A DNA stretch of 64,000 bases from Tubulanus polymorphus (taxonomy: Eukaryota > Animalia > Nemertea). The stretch lies in contig NC_134027.1 in the NCBI RefSeq assembly GCF_964204645.1, positions 2,884,485 to 2,948,484 on the forward strand, written 5' to 3'. Below the pieces are notes generated by a model. That model was not told where the DNA came from. It ran no database searches and was given only the letters and a program-made list of their open reading frames with translations. The translations under genes and the position numbers were made by a program. Position 1 is the first letter of the stretch; each line of letters begins with the position of its first letter. Positions 1-14,978 of this stretch are shown here, one piece after another.

Positions 1-2595
1 GAAGTGGACGATGCTATTCTATCGACGGGACAAATGCGATCCTAAGGGAAATACGACATAATCAATGTGACGCTAATTCTACTCTGATCACATCATGATT
101 GGAAATCTACGCCAGTTATCTGTCGTTACTTGCCTTAACATCGAGGGTCTCGTCTAGATTCATCGGATACACACCGAATGAGAAGATAAGGAGAAGAACA
201 TGCCACCGGTTTTTCTCCGAACTTACTTTCACGATCATCTAATTACAACAGCATTTATCAAAGGTCTTGATCCAGAAATTGGAAATGTCTGCGAAACTGC
301 AGTCCTTTAGATACTGACTGGACTACGGAGATATTCACTGGATGCATGAACACGCAAACATTTACACTCTGAAGATAAATTTGACTTCTAACATGAAAAT
401 TCTGAATGCCGCACTTGAAAAAAATCCATTCCAAGGAGAGCCATGTTTGATATTTACTGAGGACGCTAAACACGAATCGTGTTTTTGTGGTGTTTGGCGA
501 TAGATTGAATTACAGCTGATCAGTGAATACATTGAGGTGGATGTCGGAATGCAGGCCAGCTCCTCCAATAAAACAAATAACACCCAGTCTTCTGTTTCGC
601 TGTATATCCTCAAGACAAAACAATTTCCAGAGATGAAAGCAAGGCCTACCGTTAGTGTTAACGGCGTTGTGGTGTCTTTTGAGTAATAGAATCAGATCAC
701 ATAAGCGAATTCGCCGCAGGCAACTTTATGTCGACTTAGAATCTTCACTCAAGATTCCGTTTATCAATCATCCTTCATTTTTTTCTACTGGAAAAGGATC
801 ACCCGTGGCCCAACGCTGGATTCATCGCTCCATAATTTGGCTTGAATCATTTAAAATCTTAGAAATGTTTAATTCAAAGATCGCAAACGCCTCTCGTAGA
901 TTCCAGTAGCCGTATTATTGCAATGATTGATCAGTTTCGGTTTCCGAGGTTAGATAGCAGCGTCTTAAGACGATTATATACATTAATTACTGCCGCTCCT
1001 AAGATCGTTGAACGCGGCATCGCTCGTAATACTGGTAACATATTCTTCAAGAAATGATAACAAATTTCGCCTGGTCAGATCTAATCATTGTAGAAGGCCG
1101 TACAGCGCCATTGGTAACTTCATCTCTTTCATGCTACAACCCTGTAGTTTGCCGTGGTACCTAACCTTCCCGATCTAATGGAGTCGCAGCTCCCCGGTGG
1201 GTCATTTTTTCGCCTTCCTACTAAATGTGGTATTTCGTCACTGCGTATCTCGTAGAAGAGAATAATTTACGATTCTCTGTACGCTAATATTTGTGTCCAA
1301 TCTCACAGCCCGGGCTAATAAGTCATAACTACATCGGAACCTCGTGGTTGATTGCCAGAAACTGGTGCGTTGAAATTGACAGTTACGTTGACTTATTGTC
1401 AGCAAATACGAAATATTTCACACCGAATGACATATCAAATTCTGTCAACACACACCGGGAGAGGGAGATTGGAATTTTTACTCTATTAGATTTCATGTTT
1501 CGTGCGAATAGATTACTGACATTCTGGTTGAGAACCTCGGGGTTAGTGCGAATTCTGTCGTGTTGAATTGAGTTCACGATATTTGTAACGTTCAGCAATT
1601 ATTATTTCCCCAGATATTCAATAATTGAAAGTTGTTCGAAATGCGAGATGTTTTTTCATTAACAAGTCATCTCTAATTAAATGCGTTGCAGCAAATGCAG
1701 TCAGATTCCATTCGAGCGATTCATTTTTGTTATTTCAGCGATGGAGAATTATTTTTAAGTTGATAGTTTACAAATGAATGCTTTCCTATCGTGACATTAA
1801 TGAATGTAGCGAAATGTTTCACTCATTTTTACGTTATGCGATGAACTTGCAGAGAAAGTTTCGGCCGGAGGCAAAATTTCACGAAGTCCTTTACCGACAG
1901 ATTCGATCTAATAGGATTACTGGCCTAGACATCCCCTGACAGCGGTAGTAATAATATCATTATATACAGAGTTATTCTATTTGATGATGCTTTATGATAG
2001 AGATGCAGTAAATGAAGTTATACGAATAAGATTACTACAATACTTATGAGTTCCATCAACGGTCTTGGAGCCACTTGCTCAAAAGTTTAACTTATACCCA
2101 CCAAATAAACATAATAACATAATAACCAACGTTTGAGCAGTAGGACCCCTGTTTGTTGAATTATCCGGAAAAACATTTTGATGTTGATGGGATTTCCTAT
2201 TTGCTTCATGAATTGTTACTGTGTGGCCATAGTTACTACTTTTAGCGGCGAACATGGGTATCTGTGAGTTGAGTTGGAGGCGCAAGCATACGCGACCTTT
2301 TCATCCAGAATACTGATCAGTGAACAGTGACGAGTCAGACCAGTAATTAATCTATCTATTAATCCCTACTGTATCAGCCTCTAGAAACGATAAATCTTAC
2401 TAATTTTTAAATGCAAATACAACCACACAAATCATTCGTGGCAGTGACATACGATCTCATTTGGTACAAGAGTTCAAATCTATTTACACGGTGGAATTTC
2501 ATGCGTTCAGTTTGAATCAGGATGGGATAAGGTGGTTCAATAAATGGTTCTTGGATGAGGAGTTAAATCGTGAAGAGAGAAACTGTTGAACTTAC

Positions 2596-2770
2596 CGAGT
2601 AAAGGATATCGTACCATAGCAATATCCTCTAATGATTCGTACATCATCGTAGTTTGTTCATCTTCGCTGTCCGGTAATAAACAGTAGGTTTCGTCCGATT
2701 TAAAAGAACAAGTAGTCATTTCCATGTCTGAGCTAAATGCTAAATCAGCCAGATAACGCGATTTCATCAT
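2596..2770 (-). CDS. Candidate alternative first coding exon of unidentified minus-strand gene (MMKSRYLADLAFSS...RYPLLG)
   Basis: ATG-initiated acidic ORF ending at a strong phase-1 donor CTC G|GTAAGT (GT at 2595-2594); same phase as the 16250 exon. No recognisable domain. Confidence 0.35.
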
Positions 2771-3649
2771 AATACCTTCAGAAAATACAGCTCTGATGAA
2801 AATAAATAGCTGCAGTATATTGGTTATGAACAGCCGTGTGGCACAATGGCTTTGTCAATATACAGACATCGAATTCCCATCTTTCGCGTTAAATATTCCT
2901 TACCAGAGTCCGTTTATCGGGTGCACATTTTTCATAATTCTATCCTCCACAATCCTGTGTCTATTAAAAGTAAGAATGGCGCTCATTCATCCAAAAGCCG
3001 CGTTTATCCGAATCTCAGCAGTCAACGGATTCAACATCACTGTAAATAACCGCTATGTCGCCATTATTACTGCATTGATGCGGCACAGTTTTTTTCACAT
3101 AAGATTCGCGTGGAATTTCTGATATAGGAAAAGTTTTTCACCAAAGAATGATTGGGATATAGCCACGGCAGTGTTGAACGTTAGTATCCCACTATCCACT
3201 GCTCATCTAGCGCGTGCTACTTTGACCCATGCTGGAAGCTATAATTCTATTACAGTTGGTGATCATCCAGTAGTGGAAACCAAGAATCTAAACCATGAAA
3301 CGCGATCTCCGAGTCAAGAGCCTGCTGAGCACACACAGGATGAACAGCAACGCTTGGTCAATAAAACGCCAGCTGTCAATGACATAAATAATATTCGAAT
3401 GGTACATTCGCGATAAATCGTTTTATTTCGATTTACCAATTATTGAGCGATCTCTATGATGATTAGAATGAATAGTACTGCGTGATTTAATGAGAAATGT
3501 TATTCAACTGGCTACCACGGGGTAAAGCATGGTGAGGTTATAAATCTTTATACTTTATGTTAACGAGTTATTGAAACGCACTTTTCTGTCAATAATTATG
3601 ACATCGCAGAAATGAAGACTAAAGCTATTTTCCGGGTGACCACAGACCT

Positions 3650-3717
3650 CGCTCTGGGGCAGCACCCTTACGAGGATTCGAACTGGGACGATCTGACTCG
3701 GCCACGTTGACCGGGGC
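3650..3717 (-). mobile_element. tRNA-derived SINE head fragment
   Basis: Minus strand reads GTCAACGTGGCCGAGT (A-box-like) ... AGTTCGAATCC (B-box-like); too short and unpaired for a cloverleaf. Confidence 0.35.
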
Positions 3718-5442
3718 AATTTATTGCAGTGCTTGTTACTTATTCTGAATTATTGTGAATTTTTCTGACGTCATTCGTGAATGGGACTCTCCAGTGACGT
3801 AATCAATTTGGATGGAAATCCCGGTACATATCAAAATTGTTCGATGGTGATCTCGTGAAGCAATCGAATTTATTTGATTTGAAATATGCGCTAATATTCT
3901 CTGTAATTAAAAGGGAAAGAATAAAAACCGCTTGACATATAATCCGATATAAAACTGAATTTCCCCCAAAAGTTTGTGCAGAAATTCTAAATAAGTGTTT
4001 ATCCTCAATCAGAAAACCTATGAATGTAGATCATTTCTCGCATCAGTGTCCCGCAACCTTCCAATGACAAACCACTTATATGTGTGACAACATTCAACGG
4101 ATGTTGACACGGTAAGTCATGAGCACGTGACGAGAATTCCAATTAGAACACTCAAACGTCCAGTGCTGTGCATCAACATGTGCTATGCCTCTTCTTTCTA
4201 CAGTAAGGACTATTTCTAAAACATCAACTGTCCACTGTGTCTTTTTTTCTTGTTAATATCGGCTCTTGCATCGATTATGTCTAATATCGACAATTCAAGT
4301 AGCCATAACCTGAGGAGTTTCTATCGACACTGGAAATACAGGAGTTACAAAAGCAATGACCAGAAAATTCGTAAGTTCGCCGGAGCTGTAACTCGATTCG
4401 TTCCTGATGTCGATCTGTGCAGTTGTATTTTCCGCCCAGCTAGTTCTCTCTAACTGCACTGACATGTCACTGTTAAATCGGGCAATTTTCATCCGTGAAT
4501 TCTGAAAAATCTCGTCAAAACCGGCGATGATAAATCGCTGTCGATCAGCGAATTATTTCTAAGGTTTTACTCATCTCTTTATACGATACAAACACAGTAT
4601 CCACGGTGACAGACAACTGTGGTGAAGTAGAGATAAGATGGATTATTGCATCATCAGCTTTGATTGGCGTTAATCTCTTAATAGCCTATTTCAGGATTCC
4701 GAACACGAAGCGAATTTCTGATGAAACTATGCAGATATTTGTCGGTTCGGAAGAATATAAGAAGTTTCTCCGCTATGAAGAACATTAAATGGCTTGTCCT
4801 ATGAACTATTGAGTTTTTTGTACTATTTGTAATCCTGCAACACAGATTCATATTCAGCCCACTACCTATAGTTATGATTAAGATGAAATATTCCGTTCAT
4901 TTCGGTTTATCATCAAGTCTGATAATCTATTTCCGAAAGAAAAATCCAATTCTTCTTGTCAAATACTATCCTCAACTCATTTTGATTTATAAGTTAATAA
5001 TGAACGTTCTGCGTATCACGTATCAATCTAAATTCAAACGTCCGATTTAAATGATTTCTATTTAAAGTCTCTTTTATCATAAACGTCGCAGAAACAACAT
5101 TTCCTGTAGAAATGGGTTGAGTGAACGATTACTTTATAAACAGTATAGAATGATCATCAATCATAGAATATGTTCAGTTATACGATTCGATTCCGCATCA
5201 AACCAGATATAACGATTAACTTCCGTACACAAATCATGCAAGTTTTCATGACAGTTCAAAGCGAGAGGTCTTCGTCTTCTTTTTTGCAAATGCGCTTGAT
5301 TAAACTCAAAAGCTTCTTCTCAAAAACTTTCTGACGACGTAAACCGTTGCAGATATGTTTTATATAATTTCTATTTAATCAAGGGGTAGTGTGCAGTACG
5401 TAATCAATATTGACGTTTATTTTTTTTTTATTTTTTAGTTTT

Positions 5443-5680
5443 TATGACTCGTATTTTCCATTCAATGAATTCTCATGGCAAATAGGGTATTATGTGAGGT
5501 GGATGTGTTCTACGTCATCAATATATGGGTTGCCGGTCAATTCAATTCAATCCAATTGTCGACATATATATTCAAATTCATATTCTGAATGATTTTATTG
5601 ATCCTTATTGTTGTTATCACTATATCATTATTGTCGACAATGCGTAATACGTTATTTTTCAAGGCGTCAATAAATTCGAT
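5443..5680 (+). repeat. Dispersed repeat, copy 1 (diverged copy at 10434-10647)
   Basis: Shared colinear blocks ATGACTCGTA, GTGGATGTG..CTACGTCATCAATAT, TATTGATCCTT, TTATTGTCGA, CAAGGCGTC. Confidence 0.7.
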
Positions 5681-7167
5681 GCTAAACATTAAAATCATGT
5701 ATAGATGACTCGACCAGACTCCACATAGACGACAAACTTATAATCACGCGATTATCATCAAGTAAACGTCGGCCGGTCGCGCTATATATCTTACTGTCTT
5801 CGTTTAGAGAATCTAATCTAGCAATTATTGACACTTGTAAAGGGCTTGTGAACTTCAATTTGTGAGCGAGATCTCGGCTAACAACGAATTGCAATCTCAG
5901 ATTATACAATCGTTAAATTAACCCCGGATGATTAGATTTTGAGCCGAAATGGCTCTTTCTCGTGTTCAGAGTCATTTGATCTATAAAGGCTCGCTCCCTA
6001 TTACAGCTATTAGATATTTCAGAACGGCTATTTCAGAATGGCTCGCTGGTTAGACGTATATGTACACATTCTAGACGGACTCACAATTCATTATTGGACA
6101 ATATTCCGAATTCCTCGCTATAATTAGATCAAAACTCGTGTAAATATCCGAATACAGGAGTTCATTACGGCGCAGATACAACTGAAAATTGAATACCCCT
6201 CCATAGTCCATACACTTACAATAGCAATTCTCAGTAATTCTCTTCTTATCTCGTCGTTCCGATGAGGAAATCCTGAATACTCGAAACAAACAAAAAAATT
6301 TATCCTATTTTGTGTGTGTATCATTGTTTCAGACTTTAGATGAATTCATATTTAGTGTTATATTTCGCTGTAGACCCAACTATTCAAAAGTTTAGTTAAT
6401 CATTTGATTCAAACGATAGAAATGTGTTCAAAATTAAACTTGTAAAGATACTCTGCAGGACAGGATGTACCTGTATATTTCCATGTATTTACCTTTTGTT
6501 TTTGTGCTCGAAAAAGCATGTATAATTTCGAGCAGTATTCTAATCTATATGAATCTTGACCGACTTATTTTCCCGTGGCAGCCAACAGTATATCCGATAT
6601 AACGATATTCGATAAAACTAACGACCGTGATTTTGACAAGATCTAATTATTGCCGTGAAAAACTATTAGCACTTCAATTAGATGAGACTGTTACACGTCG
6701 CTCAGAATACTCGTATTATTTTACCTCTTTATACATAGATATCGCGTGGCAAAACGACAAACAAGCTCTAATACCTCTCTAGACACATTACTCACAATTA
6801 TGAGTCTATACCATAATACCAAATACAAACCATTCCGTAAAAAGATCTAACAGCGATCAAATGAAAAAGAGTAAGTTGAAAAATCTATCCCGAAATTGTA
6901 GAATACATATCATTGACTTAGCGCTCAATATATATCACTGTGACTCTACAACTGTTTGAATAACTTTTTGCTATAATCCTTATCGAGAAACATGATAGCC
7001 GCCTCCGCCGTCATTTCACCGGTGATAACGAGGTTTGATGCAAAATGCGCTCTTTGACACGCAACAAGTCGAAACAGATCGTGATTATCTACGATTGAAT
7101 ATCACACAAAACTCGACAATCCGCTTTTACACGATCAGTTTAGCACGTAGACTGTGCGGCCAGAATC

Positions 7168-7215
7168 TCCTCTCCCCCTCTCTCTCTCCTCTCCCTCTCC
7201 TCTCTCTCTCTCTCC
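7168..7215. repeat. CT-rich microsatellite
   Basis: Polypyrimidine (CT)n/CCT tract. Confidence 0.8.
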
Positions 7216-10200
7216 ATCATTAACCTCTTCCACGCTGACGTTACCGCGATACGGTGTCATTCATCTCCGATACACCGCCGTTAAACCGTCATCAATCGCG
7301 ACCCAACTACTTCAACTTCATCACAAACTGACATTCGTAACAAAATCTTTGAACCTGTAACAGCTAATGACGGTGTAACGATAAAAAATACAAAATTCCT
7401 CAAATCTAAGCGCCGAAAGACTTCGAATTAGAAATATCCATCAAGTATTTTTTAGATTTAATGAGATTCCTCGCCGCGTTGGATGGTACCGCATACGAAC
7501 TCTCAGATGTCGAGAAATTGTTCGAATCGGTTTGAACTTTCAGTCGGTTTGATAGTCAAATATTATCCTACGCAGTCTCATTTCATTTACATTTCAAACA
7601 TAATAAAACTCGAACGCTTTCTAAAGAGGTTTACATCACGGGTTGGTTTATTGAGAGAGGTAAGACTAGAAACAGAGAACGCGACGATTCTGCCTCTCTA
7701 CACTTCATTACAAGGTTTACACGTGATCACGGTTGACTTTTCACATACCCATATTGGTGGAATAATTAAGGTGTTTTTGATCACTGAGACCAGTAGCTTT
7801 TTGGGTATTGGTGTTAATTCGCATCATCAGACGGGAGGTTGAGACGCAGGCAATTGGCATCATTATCCATAGACACAACTGTTGCAGAATTCGTTGTGTC
7901 GAGATATTTTGATGATTATCATCGAACAAACACCTCGTTTCTGATGCGATTTTTATCAATCGTGTGTCTGCGTTCATAGCACAATCTAGAAAGTTAATAT
8001 CCTTCGTTTATATACCGGGTATTGGTCAAGATTGTTGAAGAATCATTCAGGTAAAGCTGAGAGTTTGGTCAGTTTTTGTTCGATGATCTCCAAACACCGT
8101 GGTTGCATCCCTTAACGGATGTATATAGACAATCAAGATTTCCATGAGAAATATGTGGCAGAAAGTATTTACCGAACATCGACGTCTCAGGTGAAAGTTC
8201 ATTACGGTTAATTTTCAATCAATGCCAACGCGCTCTGTCAATAATGATAATACATTGAAGCGGAGATTAAGCGGAAATGTGGATGACTAAGTAAAGAATC
8301 AGATCATATACGCCGCGTCGACCTGTCAGCTGAAAATGAACTTCTACATAAAATATTCACACCCCCGAATGGTTCACATCGGTGTAGTATCAAAGTAAAT
8401 AGAACATATGTCCGAGTTCACACATGAATTTACTAATTACGTCGATGTCTTCAGTTCAAACCGATCTTATTAGCGAATGCTATAAAATCGACAGATTTAA
8501 TTCAATGTCTGCGCGACGTTTTTTGATCGTCGCTCCTCGAATGCTATCACGAAAGGCGGTAATAATGCGCATGCGCTGAAACTTCAACTCATATCAAAAT
8601 GACTTATCTATTTTCACCAACTACCGGGGGATTAATTAATCATGATTTTTATCACTCGGGGACATCGGGGTGTCTTGTTTGGTAAAGAATGATGAAGTTC
8701 TGTCATGAATCGAGTATAATATGAGGTGCCTGTATTGATATGGGATTTGGATACGGATGTGGTGGACCAGAATGAATAAAGTACAGAATCAACATTATCT
8801 CGTTAATTCAATTTTTAATCGTTAAGGTATTCTTTAACGAGGTTAAGTTATTCAAATTCGAATAAGAAATTCGCTCAAGTACCCCGGCACTACTCGAATT
8901 GAGCACGAATGTTGTAATTGACGTCCAAATCGACATTCCAAACATACACGCAGGTTTCGTATGTTATCCGAGCCAATTTCATTCCGTCAATCCCCATTAA
9001 TTTGTATTAATGGTCTGGGGACGACTGATCCTAACATGTTTTAAATTTAATTTAGGTTCATCGGCGCGTTTGCCGTGTGTCAAACAAAATGGACTAAAGT
9101 GTGGTGTCTGGCAAACTAATGAAACGGATGTGTTTCGCGAGCTCAAACTCCACAGGATGTGTTTGTATCTGACGTGGTATTCAGAAGGAAATTAGTCAGT
9201 CACATCAGGAAGGCAAGAAATCAGGAAGTTTCTCATCAAACTATAAAGATTCCACCTTCATTTCACGCCTGACAGATCAATGCCAACCGATGTAGTCGAC
9301 AAAGCCTTCGCTGTGATTCTACTACAGAACACGAAAACCGACAGTGATTTTGTGCGAAACCCATCTCAAACCTCACCTGTCTTCTTGCCGGTTTTTTGTC
9401 TGCGAAGAAGCTAAAATCGAGAGAAAGCGTTATCTTGCCGCGACAGGATGTGGTGTATTGCCGAAGGTGGCATAAAATCTACATCCAGACACAGAACGTG
9501 AAAGATTCATCCATTATGGATGATATTACAAAAGAAAGTCTGTACAGTTTATTGAATCATTCTTAATATAGAAAAAACCCCGCAGAGAGTGAGACAACGA
9601 GCCCGAAACGATTTTTGTGAAATGTCATCAATAAGCCGCGGGAATATCTTGCTTTCAGTACACGCTAGTTTGCTAAGGGACACATGAATATGTAATGCAA
9701 TTTTTTATAAAACTTCAGTTTGAATTTCTAATCCGTCAATCTCATTCCGGTAGAGCGAATAACGTTAGCTCTAGAATAACTAACAGTTTATCTGACCTTT
9801 ACTCCAAGATCTGACACACTGATCAAATCGAGAAATGTATATTAGTGATGCGTTAGGGATCTTTCCTTAAATCAATATAGCATAGCCCGTATAAATCTCA
9901 ATATAGTTAATTTCAATATCATTAATAGAAATTGATTTCTGATATGATTAATCTTTCGAATCGATGCCGAGGAAGGAAAAAACTGTTGCCATAGTGATAG
10001 TGATGGAAAGCGCTTTCTCTGATCAATCTCGTTTTTCAATTAAAAGTTTTTGGCATTTGATTTTCGGCACCAGGAAACCGTGAAATTATCCGTTGTGTGT
10101 CACGATCCTTTGTCGCGGAAAACCGATGCGATTTAATCATTATCGCTGAGAGCAGCCACCAGGTGCAAAGTGTTCAAAGATATTAGCAGAAATTTCATGA

Positions 10201-10433
10201 ATGTCGACAGAAAATTAAAACACGACCAAATCCAGCCATAATCTCTAGAGGAAATCTCGGCGGTTGAAAATTGATTTTTCGTTCTATTTCTCTGCGCACA
10301 AAGTTTGATAACTTCGTAGATATTTTCTCAGAATCGACGATCGTTCTGTTAATCAGTAATTGAAATATAGAAGGTTATGATCTGATCGCAGAAACTGTCG
10401 ACAACAAAACTAATCAACGAAACATAACATTTC

Positions 10434-10647
10434 ATGACTCGTAGTTTCTATTCAATAATTTCCATGTCTTTATGATAATGAATTTTTGAGTGGATGTGCC
10501 CTACGTCATCAATATTAGGGCTATTGGCGATATATTCAATTTCAAAATATTGATCCTTGGTAATATATTATTCATAGTATGTTATTTATTGTCGAAAATG
10601 TCAAGCGATATGTATATCTTATTTTCCAAGGCGTCGATAAACTTCCA
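10434..10647 (+). repeat. Dispersed repeat, copy 2
   Basis: Colinear similarity to 5443-5680. Confidence 0.7.
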
Positions 10648-11964
10648 AGTTAGTTTTTTGTGTTCGTTTATTCCGAATTCATGACTGAAGATAAGAATTA
10701 TTCTCCATGCGCAACGGGTTAGTGGTAATCGGCGCCAATGCTACTGTACAATATGAGAATTATAGAGGAATTTTTTTTCACTGATCCACCAGTCACCGAT
10801 GTAATTCTTTTATTACTGAATTGACGAAAGCGTTATCTGACAGTGTTTCTCATGAGTCGTTACAATATTCCATCGTTGTTTCTGTATCGTCGCCACTCCT
10901 CAGACGCGCTCGCGCGATGGTGCCGATATTTCGCGAAAAACGTCAGATAACTAATGCGATGTAATTACATGGTTTGCCACAGTTTCGGTGACCTGGGACT
11001 CGCGTTGTCTGTCATACAGCGCTACGATGCCTGATCGCGAGGCACTGGCGCTTTTATTACTTTTCTGGTCAGAAATGATCGATGTTCTTCGCGCCGAAAA
11101 GATATTTGCCCACTTTCACAATTGACAGGCGAACATATTATTCCAGGCGAACATCTTCGATCATTTACAAATTTGGTCCGTAATAACAAAGATCGTTTCC
11201 TCCGAACTGAGTAACTGTAGAGTCATGGCTCTTATGCCATCGAACGGATTATTTTCTTCATAAGAAAAAATGTTGGTCTTTTGTAAGAAATACTTATACG
11301 TCATCTCTGTTATTGCTTCCATATACAATCGACAAAAGATGTCAATTTGTCAGTAACGCATTATTAACACGTCACTATCAGCAGTGAAACATGTAACCGA
11401 AAACAAACATGATTCCCGATATGTATATAGAACGTGCGTATATGATCTATATTACCAGTCAATAGGGATGTGATTCTTCCAGGTGGACACAATTCTCTTA
11501 TTACCGCTTGTTCATCTCATAAATATATGATACATGAATACGGATATTGCTGAATTTTCTGCTTCGACAAGACGTTTAAAAACAGTAAGATAGACATAGA
11601 GTTTGATTTGAGCCGCCTGCAGATCTTTCCCGAGGGGCGAACGAGATCTGAAACTAAACTTAACGTATTATGCAAATCACGCCTAATTCTATTTACATAC
11701 GTTCTAAAATTGAATCTAGACTGGTAAATGAATCTGGGGACTACTAGATCCTACTAGGTCGAACCAGTTGAAATACTTTCGTCGTGAACATTCCGATTCT
11801 TATGGAATTTTCTCGCAATAGATTCTCCGCACGTAACGTGTACAAATAAGAAATGTACTTTAAATCTCTTTTTAATTCTATCGGGGAAAAATTCAAACTT
11901 CAGTCACGTTCTAACGGTGAAAACTAATAAACCAATTTCACGACGTGAAATACCTCGTAGCAAT

Positions 11965-12001
11965 CACGTGGTCGTCGTCGCCTTGGCTAGTCACGTGACT
12001 A
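11965..12001. promoter_or_regulatory. E-box pair including a CLEAR/USF-type palindrome
   Basis: CACGTG at 11965-11970 and perfect 14-bp palindrome TAGTCACGTGACTA at 11988-12001. Confidence 0.35.
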
Positions 12002-13410
12002 CTGAACGAGACACAAGTTGACAGTTGAAGAGGGAATAACCGTGAGGTATAAAACGTGGGTATCAGAATATACCCGCGCAATGTCGAGATTCGGAACACG
12101 TAATTTTTCCGTCTGATGAACCGAGCGAGAGAATAAGAAAACGATCAATCTTACATGAACCGCCGATGGATTCTTTAGACCGAGGGCCAATGAGAAGTTA
12201 TCGATCAAACATGCTAAACACCGATTAAACGCGGAACATTTGCCCGCCGTCCAATCAAAACCTATGATCGATGTAAGAATCTGTGTTTCTGGAAATATTG
12301 CCGCCAATAAACAAGACTCCGTACAAAACTATATGGACTAGGTCTACTACGTGAAGCGTGTTTTAAACAAACTTCACGTCCGTCTCGTGTTGTGAGTGTT
12401 TATTTGCACAATTTATCAGACGATCTCTGACGATGACGACGATGACGCATTTTGATTTAAATTTTTCTTCGATCGTACCCGAGAAAAACGATCTTTATCC
12501 GCTACTTAAAGAACGTCGGAATTCAAAGTGGCTGCGAGACCGCGATATCTAGTGAAGATCTCTCCCTCTCTCTTTTGACGTGAAATTGATGCAAGTCGAA
12601 CGTATAAAAGTTCGATAATTCCCAATAACCGAGGGCGATTAGAATTACCAAACAGCTAAAAACCACTTCACCGAGTTACAGACTTTACGGGAGACAAATT
12701 TAATATCAGACTGAAAATATCGAGTAGAAATGTGACGAGAATTTTCACGCAGTCTACAATTACCGAACGCATCAATTCAAAGGCTAATTGAAATTAGACT
12801 TTTTGGAAATATCGGTGAAAAACACGAACTACAAAATGAGACCAGTACGAGTTCTGAGATCCAGACAACAAATCTTAGAAATAAAACTCATATTTCACAA
12901 TATAAACACACATTACATGATTGTTATAGACACTGACCACTGATCTGTACATAATAGTCTGGTCATCTACTCTATAGACCGAACGATATCATTTTGCCTT
13001 TTATTAAAACCCTATGAGAGAAATCAATTGAGGATATTGGCTTTTTATGCCAGCACACATCTTAGTATTGCAATATAATTGGCTTATGAGTAGGAGGATT
13101 CTTGCCGGAATATGGTATTAATATCGGTCCAATATTTATTGGATCACGGCACTAACCAAGGCAATGTATACATATGGATCATGATTACGTTAACTTTAGA
13201 GTCAGGAAGCAAATATGACGAGGAGACCGATGTCATTATCAATCAAGTTTTTATTACATATCAGGGGTTGTCCAGATTGCTGTTCGCAACCAGCAATAAA
13301 TTGTCATTTTTTTCTAGTCTGGCAAAATGGATAACCTCGGTAAAACAGTCAGTCCATGTAACGATGATGTATATACGATGAAATCGCAAATGAAAAATGA
13401 CTCCGAAACA

Positions 13411-13586
13411 GTTTCTTCGAGCTAATATTTCATTCGCTCACATCTCGACTATATCCTCCATAGCCATCTTCCAAAACACTTCTGAAAGGTTTCCCTAAAA
13501 GCGTCGAAACTTCTAGAGTTCAGTATTTCTGAAGAAAACCGAGGATATAGTCGAAAAGTCGAGTAAAATATTAGCTCAAGGATACT
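13411..13586. mobile_element. Inverted pair of degenerate hammerhead-like arms (Penelope-like pLTR relic)
   Basis: Arms 13411-13480 and 13522-13586 are imperfect inverted repeats; right arm CTGAAGA...ATATAGTC-GAAA-AGTC. Confidence 0.5.
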
Positions 13587-14457
13587 TTTCGAACATGTTC
13601 TGTATTGCGGGTATTTTATTCTATATCATGGTAAGATGGATGATCTACTGACGGTAAAGGTTCAAAGAGCAAACTTCTTAATCACTAAACTATTAATCAT
13701 CGTAAAAGTAATGAAAATGAAGATGTTTTTTGTCTGATCGCTTGGACTGTAGCGCGTTGAATCGGGTTACGAAACCGCTTAATAGCTAAAATGATAAATC
13801 ACGTGCCTTAATGAACATTCGTAAGGGAGAAAGATGATACAATCTCTCGAGTTGCTAGGTAACATCGACTATCTTATATGAATCTAGTCGAAAATTAACA
13901 AATTTGATTATGAATAAAAAGGCAGACCTATGTTACTGCTATCAACAGGTTTCCGGAATATCCGTCTTTATCATCCTGAAATAGCCTGCCTCATGTGACT
14001 AATAAGCCTTATCAACTGGACAGAAAGACAATACTCTTATCGGAATAAAACAGTCCCCGTGGAGACCATGATCAATGAGATGTTGAATAGATAGACAGGC
14101 ATTTGATGCCTCCTAAGAGAGGTTTTTACCTAAAGCTGATGAACAGAGGATTAGTACTTAGTACCCTTGTACGACAACCGACGGGATTGAGGGCCGATTA
14201 TTCCACCAGTTCGGATCTCTCGACACATTGCAGTTTGTCCTTATTGCTCAGAACGGTACAAAAAAGGTACATTTACCGAAACACAGTTAGAAGTGTAGTC
14301 AAGATAAACATAGAGATGTCGTTTGCAACTTGTTTTGTACCGATAAAGTAAATCCACCAGTTACGGACTTGCTTCGAGTAATTCGATAGTAAGACAAGTG
14401 ATCTTATGTTTAATATAGACATTTTTGTAAACAGCTCACGTCTGGAATTAACATGAA

Positions 14458-14978
<521 letters not shown>

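Noticed and set aside
227-620. Possible further minus-strand exon ending at GTAAGT donor near 226
   Set aside because: No convincing coding frame; may be UTR but unsupported.
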